DNA from: an uncultured bacterium
GTDB taxonomy: Bacteria; Fibrobacterota; Chitinivibrionia; Chitinivibrionales; JANQEN01
NCBI GenBank assembly: GCA_965372145.1
Contig: CBDVBE010000002.1
Location: 1-52,440 of the forward strand
Reading direction: 5' to 3'
Length of the DNA: 52,440 nucleotides
Positions 51,921 through 52,440 of this stretch are shown here, one piece after another. The position numbers were made by a program, and so were the translations under genes. The notes under the pieces are model-generated. The model was not told the origin of the DNA. It saw only the letters and a program-made list of their open reading frames with translations, and did no database searches. Each line of letters opens with the position of its first letter. The first letter of the stretch is position 1.

Positions 51921-52074
51921 GTATTGTACTTATGAATTTATTGCAGGAGAGTCCCTGAAATGTTTATTGATGGCTACATTATATATATCGGGATATATAC
52001 TCTCGTCTGACAATGCAAAAACAGGCAATGAAAAATCATAACTCTTTTAAATAATTTTCCAACATAACTGGAGG

Positions 52075-52302
52075 ATGGTATCTATGGCACAAGAAATGCA
52101 GGCCCCTCTCGCAGGTAAAATATTACAAGTAGCTCTCACTGCCGGTGCTAAGGTTGAAGAGGATGACGAGGCTTTCATCATTGAAGCAATGAAGATGGAA
52201 AATCCTATCTATGTTCCCTGCAATGGAACGGTTACGGAAGTTAAAGTAAAAGAGGGGGACCTCGTCGAGGAGGATGACATTCTGGCTGTTATTGAGGAGT
52301 GA
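52075..52302 (+). CDS. Stand-alone biotinyl/lipoyl carrier domain protein (75 aa)
   Basis: APLAGKIL...IIEAMKMENPIYVPCNGTVTEVKVKEGDLVEEDDILAVI has the EAMKM biotinylation motif. A GGAGGA SD lies 4-9 nt upstream. Confidence 0.8.
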   Translation: MVSMAQEMQAPLAGKILQVALTAGAKVEEDDEAFIIEAMKMENPIYVPCNGTVTEVKVKEGDLVEEDDILAVIEE

Positions 52303-52336
52303 TAAAAGGCGGGAAGACTCTGCGAAGGTAAAAAAA

Positions 52337-52365
52337 CAGCCTGCAATGGTACTATCTGCAGGCTG
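52337..52365 (+). terminator. Hairpin after the biotinyl-carrier ORF (possible terminator)
   Basis: CAGCCTGCA (52337-52345) / TGCAGGCTG (52357-52365) with an 11-nt loop. The following tract, CAATCAATTTAAAAAATTCTTT, is only weakly U-rich. Confidence 0.45.
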
Positions 52366-52440
52366 CAATCAATTTAAAAAATTCTTTCAATTATCAAATA
52401 TTATTCCAGTTCCCGCAACGCCAGACCTCTGGACATAGTG

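Overview
A 52.4-kb bacterial chromosomal window, roughly 40-45% GC by eye, with AT-rich islets. The gene content includes a FlaB-like flagellin, PilT, a FloA/NfeD operon, a short RpoD-type sigma factor and a T9SS-like C-terminal sorting domain. This suggests an FCB-group/Fibrobacterota-like or related uncultured lineage, but that is inference only. Most of the window is housekeeping: ligA, glmS, nagB, a ROK glucokinase, an M24 peptidase, an HldC-like adenylyltransferase and a split archaeal-type glutamate synthase. I recognised no rRNA, tRNA or CRISPR array.

The most interesting locus is 1769-9791, where two convergent, translationally coupled operons meet.
- The minus-strand operon encodes an HprK-like kinase, a PqqD-like RRE, a radical SAM/SPASM enzyme, a SipW-type (Ser/His) peptidase and an unannotated 55-aa Cys/Thr/Ser-rich peptide that ends in Ser-Ser.
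- The plus-strand operon encodes a PF14907 nucleotidyltransferase, a Wzm/Wzt-type ABC-2 exporter, a fusion of a degenerate nucleotidyltransferase to a TIGR03032-like domain, and a sulfotransferase.
- Together these look like an undescribed RiPP-type system. It would combine rSAM cross-linking with the C-terminal serine phospho/glyco tailoring known from some lasso peptides, but without any lasso cyclase.

Other notable items:
- a frameshifted integron-type integrase (intI) next to iteron-like repeats, with an inverted copy of those repeats 26 kb away at the edge of an AT-rich islet
- a GC-normal 420-nt noncoding stretch that may be a group II intron remnant
- two MITE-like elements that share a 23-nt terminus
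- a glgC relic
- a 1427-aa hyper-acidic repeat protein capped by TPRs at both ends
- a glutamate-synthase-like operon with an FAD-oxidase/Fe-S fusion in place of GltD
- a strongly structured glmS leader that is not a glmS ribozyme
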